Shown: one piece after another, positions 52,192 through 64,000 of the stretch
Numbering within the stretch: the first letter of the stretch is position 1
Layout: the number at the start of each line of letters is the position of its first letter
Assembly: GCA_964016885.1 (NCBI GenBank)
Contig: OZ024741.1
Coordinates: forward strand, 67,146,001 to 67,210,000
Direction: 5' to 3'
Length of the DNA stretch: 64,000 bases
Origin: Eledone cirrhosa
Lineage: Eukaryota
Notes under the pieces: generated by a model
Told to the model about the DNA's origin: nothing
Databases searched by the model: none
Seen by the model: the letters and a program-made list of their open reading frames with translations, nothing else
Translations under genes and position numbers: made by a program

Positions 52192-53895
52192 TAACCCATT
52201 ACAACCTGATGTGTAGTGGTGTCGACTGCGACTGGTCCCGCAATATTAGTGAAGATGGTGGTTTCTGGACATTCTGCAGAATGGAAAAACAAATGCTGTC
52301 AAAGGTTGGAGGAAATTATAAGAGTAAACGGTGATGTACTACCGGAGAGGTTAAACTCTGACAATAAACCAAGAGGACTGTTGTTCAAGTGGTCCTGTGC
52401 GATACATGACCACTGATTCTTTGCAGATTCAAAAAGTGCGCCTGGCCCTAAACCATCAATGTGTTAGTCCATCAACTTAGCAATCAGTTCCACACAACAC
52501 CAACCAGCAATAGACATAATGACGCCTTGTTTACGGTTCTTTGGCGAGACTTAATATTCGCGTCGGATAATTATATATCTGCCTTACCTTTGCCACTGCA
52601 CTTTTTCCTCCCACATTACTGTTCTAAAGAAAACCTGAAGACGTTTCGATACAAAGGCATGATGAAACAGTTGACCCAAACTTCCTCCATCATTCTGGTT
52701 CGGTACAGTTACAAGAAAAAAAAAATGTCGATAACTACTGTTAATGTTATGACCAAATATAATTATTGTTCCACAAAATAATGACCAAGGCAATTAATTA
52801 TAAATTAGAATTTATTTTCACTATTTCTACAATTAAAAATAAAATAACAAAGAATCAATCTCATTCAATAAATTTAAGTAAATTAAATTAACACCGACGA
52901 AACTACATATACAGTTCATTTATTAATATCTTGGCAACATAAGCGTTGATCTCATAAATTTAGTAACCCACACAGGAATAAAATTGGAACTACGACTTCC
53001 AACACTCCTTCTCCAATATATCAACGACAAAATCAAACTCCACTAACCATATTTCTGGTATAAATATTCCTCATGGTTTCAGTTACTTCCTATAACGTTT
53101 TCCATACTCACCCCCTTAAATACAGACTTAACCGAAAAGTACATGTGCACGATGGACAAGGATTAAACCCCATTATTTCAAGGAGACTCGTTAGCGAAGT
53201 TTCTATTCGTTGTACTGAAACATTATAGCAACGTCCAGAATACTCTTAATTACCCGCTTAAAGTGCTTCTATTACATGTAACACCCTGTCACACAATAAT
53301 CATATATAAATCAGACCGACGTGCATGCCCCACGTGTAACTAACGCATAAAATAACTACTACATCTGACTAACAAACTACCCTCTTGCATTATCTATGTT
53401 AACTGCCGAATGTATTTTAATTTTGTTTTAATTTTGTTTTAATTTTGTTTTAATTTTAATTTTGATTTTGATTTTAAATTTGAATTGCTATACAGAAATA
53501 ATATAATATAATATATGTCACTCCACTGTACATCAATATATACATATGTATCTGTATGTCTCTTGCGTTGGAAAGGAGGTCAATTATGTGTACAAACATT
53601 GAAAAATGCTCCAAAGAATCCAAGCCTAGATTTGGATGAAACAATTGTAAGTGAATAAATACTTTGAACATAGTTTTGATTCTTGTGAATTCTATATAAC
53701 TGCTCTGTAGAACAACTGATGTTATTACATTGAGCTATTTATCTTATTGGTAATAAGGTATTAATAAATTACTGACCTTCACTGTTTAGGGTTTAAAATA
53801 TATATAACTATAAAAAGTTCTAGTATATACATAACCATAAATAGTATCCTTAATATTATATATATATCCATATATACACATAAATATATACACAC

Positions 53896-54019
<124 letters not shown>

Positions 54020-54061
54020 ACGTGTATGTACGCATGCTTACTTACATTTATGTATATATAT

Positions 54062-54516
54062 ATAACTAAGAATAGTTTTATCGCTCTAAATGGCTGAATA
54101 CAACAAATGTAATCTGAGGTTTTCGAATATTAATGATAATATTTGATTCGTTTGCAATTATGCAAACAGCCTCTTTAAACCATGTCAGTTGAATGACCCC
54201 ATTATTCTTGCTCTTGTGTTGGCATGTGAACAGAATGGCAGACACTAATGATTCTAGGTGATTACACTTCATCAGTACCACATACTGCTTACCTGCCAAC
54301 TGTCAGTGTCAGTGAAAATATATGATACTTTCTAAAATATGCAGTGACAGATCGGACTGATTTGCACATTAGCAGACTGCCACATCAGTCAGATCTGCAT
54401 ATTAGCAGACCCACTGATAAGCCAACAGGCCAGTGGGTTTCATGTTTACGAGCGAATAATTGCTGGCTTTGCCTTATTCAAATAACTAAAAAATAGTTTT
54501 ATCGCTCAACATGGCT
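54062..54516 (-). mobile_element. Family E hammerhead repeat, ~420-bp monomer with partial tandem
   Basis: aatagttttatcgctc repeats at ~54071 and ~54492; reverse complement of 54238-54278 is gta CTGATGA a-gtg-taat-cac-cta GAATC attagt GTC tgc. Confidence 0.6.
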
Positions 54517-54528
54517 GTTTGTTTATAT

Positions 54529-54604
<76 letters not shown>

Positions 54605-54616
54605 GTGTATATATGT

Positions 54617-54647
<31 letters not shown>

Positions 54648-55161
54648 AACATACATATGTATGTGTATATGTGTATATATATATGTATATATTTATATAT
54701 ATATGTATATATATATATATACGTATATATAGACATATATGTATGTGTGTGTATGCATTTATGTTTATCCCTTTGTGTGTGCAAGTAAGCACATTATTCT
54801 TCCATTTATCGTCTGCCTTCCTGTTCTGACTGTTTATCTGCACATACACAGTCACACGTAATCGTTGACTACATATTAACATATACCTAATGCTATACAT
54901 GCATATTATAACGGTTTCACACAAACCAGCAGGCACACTAACATACATACTCATTTTTCATATATCGGTTTCATACAACTCAATTATTTTCTCATATATC
55001 TCATTTATCTGTTCGTACTTCTTGAACTCAGCTCCTCTCTCTAACCCCATTTCTGTCACACACGCATTGACACACAGATACACACACATACACGCATTGA
55101 CACACATATGCATCCATATTTCTCTTTTGTTTTCTCTTTCTTTCTCTCTCTTATATATATA

Positions 55162-55202
<41 letters not shown>

Positions 55203-55393
55203 GTATAGCACTGGGAGGTTATATCCGTACTAAGTGGAGCACTCAGTCTATGGGGCGTGTTCGGAAAAAGTTGGTTCCACAAGAGTTTGTAAGCTATTTT
55301 CGAGGACGCGCATTTCACCTTGCAGATTTTCAATTCATGTTTGTGCGTATTTATACATACACAGATACACCCCCCCCCCCACACACTCATACA

Positions 55394-55459
<66 letters not shown>

Positions 55460-55822
55460 TACACTCACTCACACACACATACACACATATATGTTTGTGC
55501 GCATAAATTATATAAATATGTATATATATATATATACATGATGATGGCTGCCCCCACGTTATCGAGTATGGCCATTGCACGAGAAAAAAAAAAAATATAT
55601 ATATATATATATACACATACATATACACACACATACATACATATATACATATACAAACATATATACATACACATATATTAATAACCAGGCTGCTGGTCAT
55701 AATAATAATAATAACAACTGCTGTCATAATAATAATAATAACAACAATAATAATATATATATATACATATATATATACACACACACGCACACACATAAAC
55801 ATATCTATACACACACACGATA

Positions 55823-56839
55823 TCAACTAACAGCGCTGCAATCGAATGTGGTTTTTAGCCCAGCCAATGATCTAAAATGTCTTGCACAGAGTCGGCAACC
55901 AAAACAACCACTGGGAATAGCCGGCTGTGGTTGGAGATCATGTACTTTTGCATGTCGCTTGAGCCCTCCTGCTGATTTACATTCTCTACCACATGCTTGG
56001 AAAGCATGATGAGTAGCATCTCCAACAGCAGCCTGGTAGTCAACCACTGGTCTTACTTTATGACTGCGAAGATGACTTTCGAGTCCAGCTTTGCTTAGGC
56101 AGAGTCTCGGACAGACGCTGCATGTCAGCACCATAGGAGGACCCTCGCCGTCTGGAAGTGCAAGAGCAATGCCCTTCCTCACATCCCGCTTTACTTTCTC
56201 GTATGCGATTCGAGATGCCTCAAAGGCAACTTTTCCCCCATATACAATCTTTCTCCATTTATTACGATCAGCAGCAATATTTTCCCATGTATCAGCAGAG
56301 ATGTTAGCGTCTTTGAAAGAGGCTTTCAAGGAATCCTTATACCTCTTTTTGGGTTTATGTGGCGGTCGTTTTCCTTTAACTAACTCTCCATAAAAGAGTT
56401 GTTTTTGTATTCTAGAATCCTTCATCCTGGCAACGTGACCACTCCAACGGAGTTGTTGCTTAAGCACAAGAGCTTCTATACTGTTACACATAGAGCTTTC
56501 CAAAATCTCGACATCACTGATGTGGTCCCTCCAGTGAACGCCCTGGATCCGTCTGAGATACATCTGATGGAAACGCTCCAATTGCTTAAGGTGGTGTCGA
56601 TATGTGACCCAGGTCTCGCAGGCATAAAGAAGACAAGAGAGCACACATGCCTTGTACACCTTTACCTTTGTCCTCTTGCATATGTCTCGCCGACCCCAGA
56701 GTCGCCTTTCTAGCTTTCCGAAAGCATCACTTGCTTTCCTAATCCTAAGTGAGATTTCACTATCAAGGTTGCTGTATCGATTGACAGTGCTTCCAAGGTA
56801 GACAAACTGATCAACCACTCCAAGTCGTTTACCATACAC
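55823..56839 (-). CDS. RTE ORF C-terminal part with tandem C2H2-like zinc fingers
   Basis: QLRWSGHVARM, CSVCPRLCLSKAGLESHLRSH, ACGRECKSAGGLKRHAKVH, CRLCARHFRSLAGLK. Confidence 0.8.
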   Translation of the reverse strand: MYGKRLGVVDQFVYLGSTVNRYSNLDSEISLRIRKASDAFGKLERRLWGRRDICKRTKVKVYKACVLSCLLYACETWVTYRHHLKQLERFHQMYLRRIQGVHWRDHISDVEILESSMCNSIEALVLKQQLRWSGHVARMKDSRIQKQLFYGELVKGKRPPHKPKKRYKDSLKASFKDANISADTWENIAADRNKWRKIVYGGKVAFEASRIAYEKVKRDVRKGIALALPDGEGPPMVLTCSVCPRLCLSKAGLESHLRSHKVRPVVDYQAAVGDATHHAFQACGRECKSAGGLKRHAKVHDLQPQPAIPSGCFGCRLCARHFRSLAGLKTTFDCSAVS

Positions 56840-57436
56840 TTAGATATTTGGTTCAGTGTACTGCTTACCAGGGGCAGGTTGGTACATGACGACGGTTTTC
56901 TTGAGACTGACAGTCAATCCTAGGGCAGTGCAAGCGTCAGAAAATGCATTCAAAATGTGCTGCATATCACTCTCTGTGTGCGCTACAAGATCGCAATCAT
57001 CTGCATACAAGAGGTCTCTTATGATTGATGTAAATACTTTTGTCTTTGCAGCAAAGCACCTGATGTTAAATATGCTGCCTGAGGTTCGATATCGGATGTA
57101 AACACCATGCTCGCAATTCCTGAATGCAATACAGAAAACCATTGCAAAGTATATGGCAAACAGGGTCGGTGCTGGAATATCCCCCTGTTTCACTCCATTT
57201 TTTACTGAGATAGGCTCCGACATGTTACCCCCGACATTAACCCAAGCCTTCATATCGTCGTGGAAAGACCTAACTAAAGCAAGGAACTTATCAGGGCAAC
57301 CAAGTTTCTGGAGAACCTTCCATAATGCATCTCTGTTAACAGTATCGAAAGCTTTTGTCAGATCGACAAAAACCTGATACAGATCCAAACCTTGTTCCAT
57401 GCATTTCTCCTGGAGCTGTCTAGCTGAGAAGATCAT
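56840..57436 (-). CDS. RTE reverse transcriptase core
   Basis: MIFSARQLQEKC, FVDLTKAFDTV, GVKQGDIPAPTLF, LLYADD. Confidence 0.85.
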   Translation of the reverse strand: MIFSARQLQEKCMEQGLDLYQVFVDLTKAFDTVNRDALWKVLQKLGCPDKFLALVRSFHDDMKAWVNVGGNMSEPISVKNGVKQGDIPAPTLFAIYFAMVFCIAFRNCEHGVYIRYRTSGSIFNIRCFAAKTKVFTSIIRDLLYADDCDLVAHTESDMQHILNAFSDACTALGLTVSLKKTVVMYQPAPGKQYTEPNI

Positions 57437-59382
57437 ATCAGTAGTGCGTGTCCAGCTCGAAAACCAGATTGACTTTCAGGAAGAACACAATCTGCAATGT
57501 GTGTCAGCAGACAGTCCAGAAGCACCCTACATAAAACTTTCCCTACGACAGAAAGCAATAATATACCTCTGTAGTTCCCACAATCATTCCTGTTACCCGT
57601 TCCCTTGTACAAGACCACCATTACTGCATCTCTCCAGTCCTCAGGTACGGATTCATTAGCCCATATCCTGCCAAACAAAGAGTGAAGATGTTGCAGGAGT
57701 CTCTCACCACCATATTGTAGGAGCTAAGCATGTATGCCATCCATACCTGGAGACCTTCCACTGTTCAGCTTCGAGATAGCCACTGCAACCTCCACAAGCG
57801 TCAGAGGTTCTGCGAGAGCTACTTTCACAGGATATTGAGATTGAGGAAATCTTCACTGACGACAGAAGGCTGATTCAAAAGATCATCAAAGTGCTCTCGC
57901 CACCTTCGTAGAATTCCTTGTTAGTCACGAAGAAGTTCTTTGCCATCCTTGCTGCGAAGCGGTGTCACCAGAGAAGAAGAGGGTCCATAAACCTCACGAA
58001 AGAGACTGTACAACAGCCTTGTGTTATTGGGATCTGACGCAGTTTGTATCTCACCAGCCTTCTGACTCCACCACTGATCCTTCATCTGAGAAAGACTCCG
58101 CCTAACACGTGATTTTACATCCTTGAGTTCCTCATGCAACGTATTCCTCTCCTGTGGTTTTGCCGTCAAGTAGCGTGACTGAGCACGCCTCTTATCAGCC
58201 AACAAGTCTTCTATATGTCATCATTCTCATTAAACCAGTCCCGATGTTTTCTCTGCACCAATCCCAGAACACGCCTGCCTACATCATAAACCGACTTTTT
58301 AAGGGTCGGCCAATCATCACCAAGATCTGCAGCCTGCATCTTTTCTTCCAATGTCCTCTTCACATTTTTATCCTTAAGACGAGCAGCATTAAATCTTTTG
58401 GGCAGGGCAACACCAGGAGCACGGATTTTATGTTTAGTGATTAGTTTCACTTTTGCGCGTACCAGGCGGTGGTCCGTCCAGCACTCAGCTCCACGAAGAG
58501 CACGAACACACTACACGATTGTCTGTCACGCATCCTGACTAGGGCGTAGTCCAAAATATGCCATTCCTTAGATGCAGGATACATCCATGTGGTCTTAAAT
58601 TTGTTCTTTTGTTGGAAAATGGTGTTAGTAACACACAGATCCAGCTCCTCACATCTGCAGCAGGAGCATACCATTGTTGTTACACTTTCTCACCCCATGC
58701 CTTCCGATTACATTCCATGTGTTAAAATCCCTACCCACTCTAGCATTAAAGTCACCAAGCAGGATGACTTTGTCTGCCTGAAGGATATTTCTTAAAACAC
58801 CTTTCAAGGCATGGTAAAAGCACACTTTTCGTTCATCGACAGAATTCATAGTTGGAGCATACACACTCACCAGGGTCGCATATCTTCCTTTGTTCAGCGG
58901 AATTCTCATGGACATGAGACGCTCACTAATCCCTACTGGGAATTCTTCTAATTTATTCACAAGAACAGTCTTAACAGCAAATCCTACCCCAGCCTCTCTT
59001 CTGCTTCCTTCATCTCTTCCTTTCCAGAAGAATGTATATACTCCACAAAATTCTGTAAGATGACCATCTCCAGCTAACCTCGTCTAAGATAAAGCCACGA
59101 TGTCAAGATCGTAACGTCGAAGCTCCTTTGCAACAAGAGCGGTCCTTCGTTCAGGACGCTCCAAGGAATCCCTGTCAAGCAGCGTCCGTACGTTCCAGCA
59201 GCCAAGACTAAATGCCTTGTTGGGCTCTATTACAATGGCACGATGACGAGCGGACCCAGTCTGTGATAACCTGGGGCCCCTGCCCTTATTGCCAATTATC
59301 AATTTTGTTCCAGAACCTAAATTGCCAATTATCTCTTTTATATTGGTCTGGAGCAACATTGAATTTGAAAAAAAAAAAAAAA

Positions 59383-61407
59383 GTAATAATAATAGTAACA
59401 ATAATAATAATAATAATGAAGGTGAAGAGGTTGAGAGAACGGAGGAACCATCTGAAGCAGACAATGATCTGAATGCTGAAATAAATAATACCTGGAACAC
59501 AGATACTGCCACTGAGGAGATGAATGCTGACGGGCTAGGACAAGATTTGGTTGATATCCTAAACTTAGTGGTAGATGAATTGAACAATGATAGTGGGAAA
59601 CCTATGAACCTAAGATTTGTAGACAGGAAAAAGTTAAAAGAAACAACAGCTAAGGTAAACAAAGTCATCCCATACCTTGATGCGAGGAGCCTTCACCAGT
59701 GCAACAATATCCTCAAAGCAACAGCAAATGCGGTGAGGAAATTACTTGGCATAAAAGCGAGAGGAAACAAGAAAGATCAGAACCTTGGTGGAATAAACGA
59801 CTGAATGGTCAAATCAGGGAAATGAAAAATGACATTGGAAAGCTTGAGTCCCTACTGAATGGGACACTAAAAAACATAGACACTAAAAATAGACTGGAAA
59901 TAAAGTACAAAACTAGGAGGAAAAAGCTAAATATCATAGAGGAACTGAAGCAACGCATTGTAGCAAAAAGTGCAAAAATTAGGCGATACGAGAGCAGAGT
60001 CAGTCAGTATAGACAGAACCGCATGTTTGACAACAACAAGAAGATGCTGTTTGTACAGCTTGAAGAGAAAGAAAGAGGCAACGACTTGATCCCTGAGGCG
60101 GAGCAAACTAAAACATTCTGGAGAGGAATATGGGAGTAGGATGTTAAACATAATGACCAGGCAGTATGGATTGAGACAGTACAAAAAGAGATTAGTGAAC
60201 AGGCACACCAACAGGCTGATTTGAGTATCACAGTTGAAACTCTTAAGGGGCAGGCCAAAAAACTAACCAACTGGAAATCACCAGGCCCAGATGGTGTGCA
60301 AGGGTATTGGATTAAAAATATAACATCCCTCCACCCGAAACTGACAACCATGTTCAATGACTGCTTGATGTCAGGTGAGGTACCAGAGTGGTTGACAAAA
60401 GGTACCACAGTTCTGATAATGAAAGACGGAATCAAGGGTAATGATGTTACCAACTATAGACCTATCACATGTCTGTCCGTAATGTGGAAACTGTTGACAA
60501 GCATTATGTCTGAGGAAATCTACCATCACCTCCACACAAACAACTTGTAATCGGACAAACAGAAAGGATGCCGAAAGAAGTCACGTGGTACAAATGACCA
60601 GTTACTTATTGATAAGATGGTAATGAGGAATTGCAAGAGGAAACACACTGGTCTTGCCTTGGGATGGATAGACTACAAAAAGGCAGGCCCTCAAAACGAA
60701 GTGGTTGAAACACCATATTTACAAGGAGGAGGAGGCTAGCCCACTGTGCAGGATCTGTGGAGAGAGAGAGGAGACTGTGGCTCACATTGTATCCGAGTGT
60801 AAACACCTAGCCCAGACTCACTATAAGGGCTGAAGACATGATGTGATGGGCAGGGTGATCCACTGGCACCTATGCAAAGTAAACAATTTACCACATTCTG
60901 AGAAGTGGTATGAGCATAAGCCAGAGGCGGTGATAGACTACGATCAGGTGAAGGTGCTGTGGGATTTTAGGATACAGACGGACAAGAAACTGGAACACAA
61001 TAGATCTGACCTGGTGGTTTTGGACAAGGAAAAAAGATCGTGCCTGATTGTGGATGCGGCCTGCCCATTCGACACGAGAGTGCAAGAGAAGGAGACGGAG
61101 AAAATTAACCGATACCAGGACTTAAAGTGGGAGGTAAAAAGGATTTGGAACTGCCATGACGTCAAAGTGATCCCGATTGTCATAGGCGCACTAGGGACTA
61201 TCTCAAAAAGTTTCCAGGGATGGTTAAAGAAAATTGGCCTCTTCACGCTTTTTGGAACGCTCCAAAGGCATGCTTGCTGGGAACAGCAAGAACCCTCCGA
61301 TACGTCCTGAATATCTGAGGCTGCAGGTAGTGGCTTGATATTCATTTCAACAAACTTTCCAGTTAACTAACATCAATGACTGAGACTCAAAGAACAATAA
61401 TAATAAC

Positions 61408-61440
<33 letters not shown>
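59383..61440 (+). mobile_element. Second R4/Dong-type element, decayed and internally deleted, bounded by (TAA)n
   Basis: KIRRYE, WKSPGPDGV, NYRPITCLS, WIDYKKA, then directly CRIC..HIVSEC, RHD, WDFRIQTD, DAACP, IVIGALG. Confidence 0.85.
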
Positions 61441-64000
61441 GTTTTCTTTATTAACCACAAGGGTTTACATAAAGTAGACATTAAGGACAGTACAGGACAA
61501 TACAGGACGGTACAAATGGGCATTTCTGCGTGTAAAAAAAACAGAGGTTGAAATAAAATAACAAAGAAAAATTCCCCAATAGGGGGGAGACTTCCGAGGG
61601 ACATTTGTGGAGAAAGCCCATTAAAAGACCACAGTGGCCCTGACCACCAGGGCAAGTGCCCTCTCCCAGTTTTCCACCTTTAATTTACAGACACATACTC
61701 AGAGAAGGCCCATTCATTCGGGCCATACTTGCTTCTCTCACCCATCTTTCAACAAAATGCTGGGAAGAGAGCACTTCCCTCTCTACCCTGATTTTCCTTT
61801 TCAAATGAAATTTGAAAAAGTTAATCAGGGCATCACCGAAGAGGTAAGTGCTCGTCTTCAGCCCTTTCAAACGTGTCCACCATACTATCTCTTTCGCCAT
61901 GGCCACCAGACAGATAAAAACTGCCTGCCCTTCCCGGCTAAAGGAAGGGGGCGGGGCAATCCTCACGATGGACCCAGCTGATAGCTGGATCCGTCCTACA
62001 CGTGACAGCAGGTGTTCGACATAAACCCACAAGTCAGCAATGCTCGGACACTGGACGAGTGCGTGTAGGACGGTTTCGTCACCCTGCGCGCATCTCGGAC
62101 ATGCCCGGCTGACGGCACCTCCATGCCTGTAGAGTTTATCCCGAACTGGCAAAGCTCCTCGGTAGCACTGCCAGGCCAGGGATTTCTGGAAGTTGTCCAT
62201 AGGCCCCGGCCCGAAAGTCCTTCCGAAGAGATTGGCTAGTTGATTTTCGTCGACGCCTAGAATTTCTCCAAGTACGTCGTCGCTCTTCCCCTCCACTAAT
62301 CCCCTATAGAACGCCAAGGTGGAGTTTCCACCGATCACATTGCCCGATTGGTCGAGGGCTGTGAGCGCCTGAAGACATTCCAGTCTCCAAGCGCTCCCTC
62401 TCGGTCTTCGCTTGACCCAGGACTGCAGCTCCGTCAAGGAGACGAGCTGGGGAAAAACGTGTCTAGCAAACGGCGACCACACCTGATCACCGTCGAGGAA
62501 GAGGTGGAGATGTCGTAGCCTGCGCGCGTGTCTGCGCATCATCAGCCACGGCATGCCCAGCCCTCCACGTAGCGGGTGTTGACAGCAGATGGACCGCCTG
62601 ATCATCGGAGCGCGTCCCTTCCACAAGAAGCGAAAGAGCAAACGCTCCAGCGCGGGGCTTAGGACAAGGTACGACGGTCAGGCGGTAGTAGATGACGGAC
62701 GCGATGTACGCGTTAGCCACCTCCGCTCGACCTTTCAGGGATAGCTTCCTCTCGGCCCATTTCTGGGTGAGAGAAGCCACCCTGCTCGTCACCTCGTCGC
62801 AGTTTTTGTCCGTCTGGAGGTCTGGACCGAACCAGACCCCTAGCAATTTAACCGGTCCGTCCGTTCAGCGCCCGACGACGCTGTTGGACGGCATGGACCT
62901 GCCTCTCCAGGTGCCGAGCTGCAGGCCCACTGACTTTTCCTGGTTGATCATTGCTCCTTTCATCGCTTCGTATTCTCTTAGTGTAGTGCCGATCGCCTCG
63001 ATGTGTTTGGCGTTCGACACCACTACGGTGACATCGTCGGCATATGCTGACACGGATCTTCCGCATCCTAGTTCGCGCGGGACCCCCTCAATGTCTCCAG
63101 TTTGTGCAGTAGTGGCTCGAGAGTCAATACGTACAATAGGGACGAGATTGGACATCCTTGGCGGACCGAGCGCATGATGTTGAACGGTTCCGAAAGGTGA
63201 CCGTTCACTCTCACTACAGAGCAGATGTCGCTGTGCATGGCAGCGATCCAGCCTCTGAAGACGGGCCCAAAGCCAGTCGCCCTCAGGACTGCTGCTAGGT
63301 AACGATGGTCGACCCTATCGAAGGCTTTCGACTGATCTAAATTGATCAAAGACCCACCCGTGCCAGGTTCCCTAGCTACCCTCTCTACGATGTATCGCAT
63401 GAGGTGGAGGTTGTCGTGGATGGATCTGTCGGGAATGGCGCATGTCTGTGCCTCTCCCACCAGACCACCAACGACAAGCGCCAACCTCTTTGCTAGCACC
63501 TTGGCCAAAATCTTGAACTCTGTGTTTAGCAGAGTTATGGGCCGGAAATTATCTATGTTATCCCCCTTGTTCGGATCCTTTCTCAGCAGCGCCACCGCTC
63601 CTTGGCTCACAGAGCTGGGAATTCTCCCGTTCTGTTGCCAGTTGCAGTAGACATCCGCCAAGAGGCCTCCGAACAAGTTTGGTATTTGTACGTAAAGTTC
63701 ATAGGGCAGACCATCCAAACCAGGCGATTTACCCCTTTTGCAACTAGTCATTGCATCCCGTACTTCAGCGGTTGTTATCAGCTTTTCGCAACACTCCGCC
63801 TCAGTGGCCGAAAGCCGCGGCAGTCCGTCGAGGTAGACACTAAAGTCCATCCCTCGATCCGGCCCGCCACTGCCCCCGAACAGTTGAGCGAAGTGTCGCT
63901 GAAAAGCTTCACACATTTGCCCGGGATCGAGTCGCATGCGCCCGTCGTGGTCCACCAAAGATCGGATCGTGGCTTTGTTGCCACGACGCGCCTCCGCCAC
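61441..64000 (-). mobile_element. Tx1/L1-clade LINE, ORF2 RT to 3' end, frameshifted; continues beyond the window
   Basis: ORFs 63068-64000, 62865-63155, 62487-62846 and 61685-62641 are clearly paralogous to 44705-47590. Confidence 0.9.

Larger units (their letters stand above)
55541..59285 (-). mobile_element. Near full-length decayed RTE-clade (BovB-like) LINE
   Basis: APE (GCWNVRTL, DIVALS, SVYAPT, LGDFNARVG, ILDY), RT (DLTKAFDTV, GVKQG, LYADD, FVYLGS), C-terminal C2H2 fingers; several frameshifts; 3' stem-loop at 55541-55582. Confidence 0.88.

Noticed and set aside
52200-52720. Possible host exon or PLE fragment
   Set aside because: Short ORFs without recognisable motifs or clear splice context

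Overview
AT-rich eukaryotic DNA made almost entirely of repeats. No host gene exon was recognised. The SINE/LINE inventory and very dense microsatellites resemble an octopus or other coleoid cephalopod genome (inference). Most ORFs in the track are translated microsatellites. Real coding remnants are all non-LTR retroelements: two R4/Dong-type RT plus restriction-like-endonuclease elements bounded by (TAA)n; one near-intact two-ORF Tx1/L1-clade element in (TCTA)n plus two more Tx1 pieces; a near full-length decayed RTE with C-terminal C2H2 fingers; two 5'-truncated RTE/RTEX-like copies; and Penelope-like (PLE) RT and GIY-YIG remnants. There are also many tRNA-derived SINE copies and several MITE-like foldbacks. 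The most notable signal is at least five unrelated short non-coding repeat families that each carry a minimal type I hammerhead ribozyme motif (CUGANGA...GAAA...NUH, short and mostly palindromic stem III). They are arranged as partial-tandem or inverted monomers of about 120-430 bp, as expected for retrozyme-like non-autonomous Penelope derivatives. All structures were read by eye and need computational and experimental confirmation.
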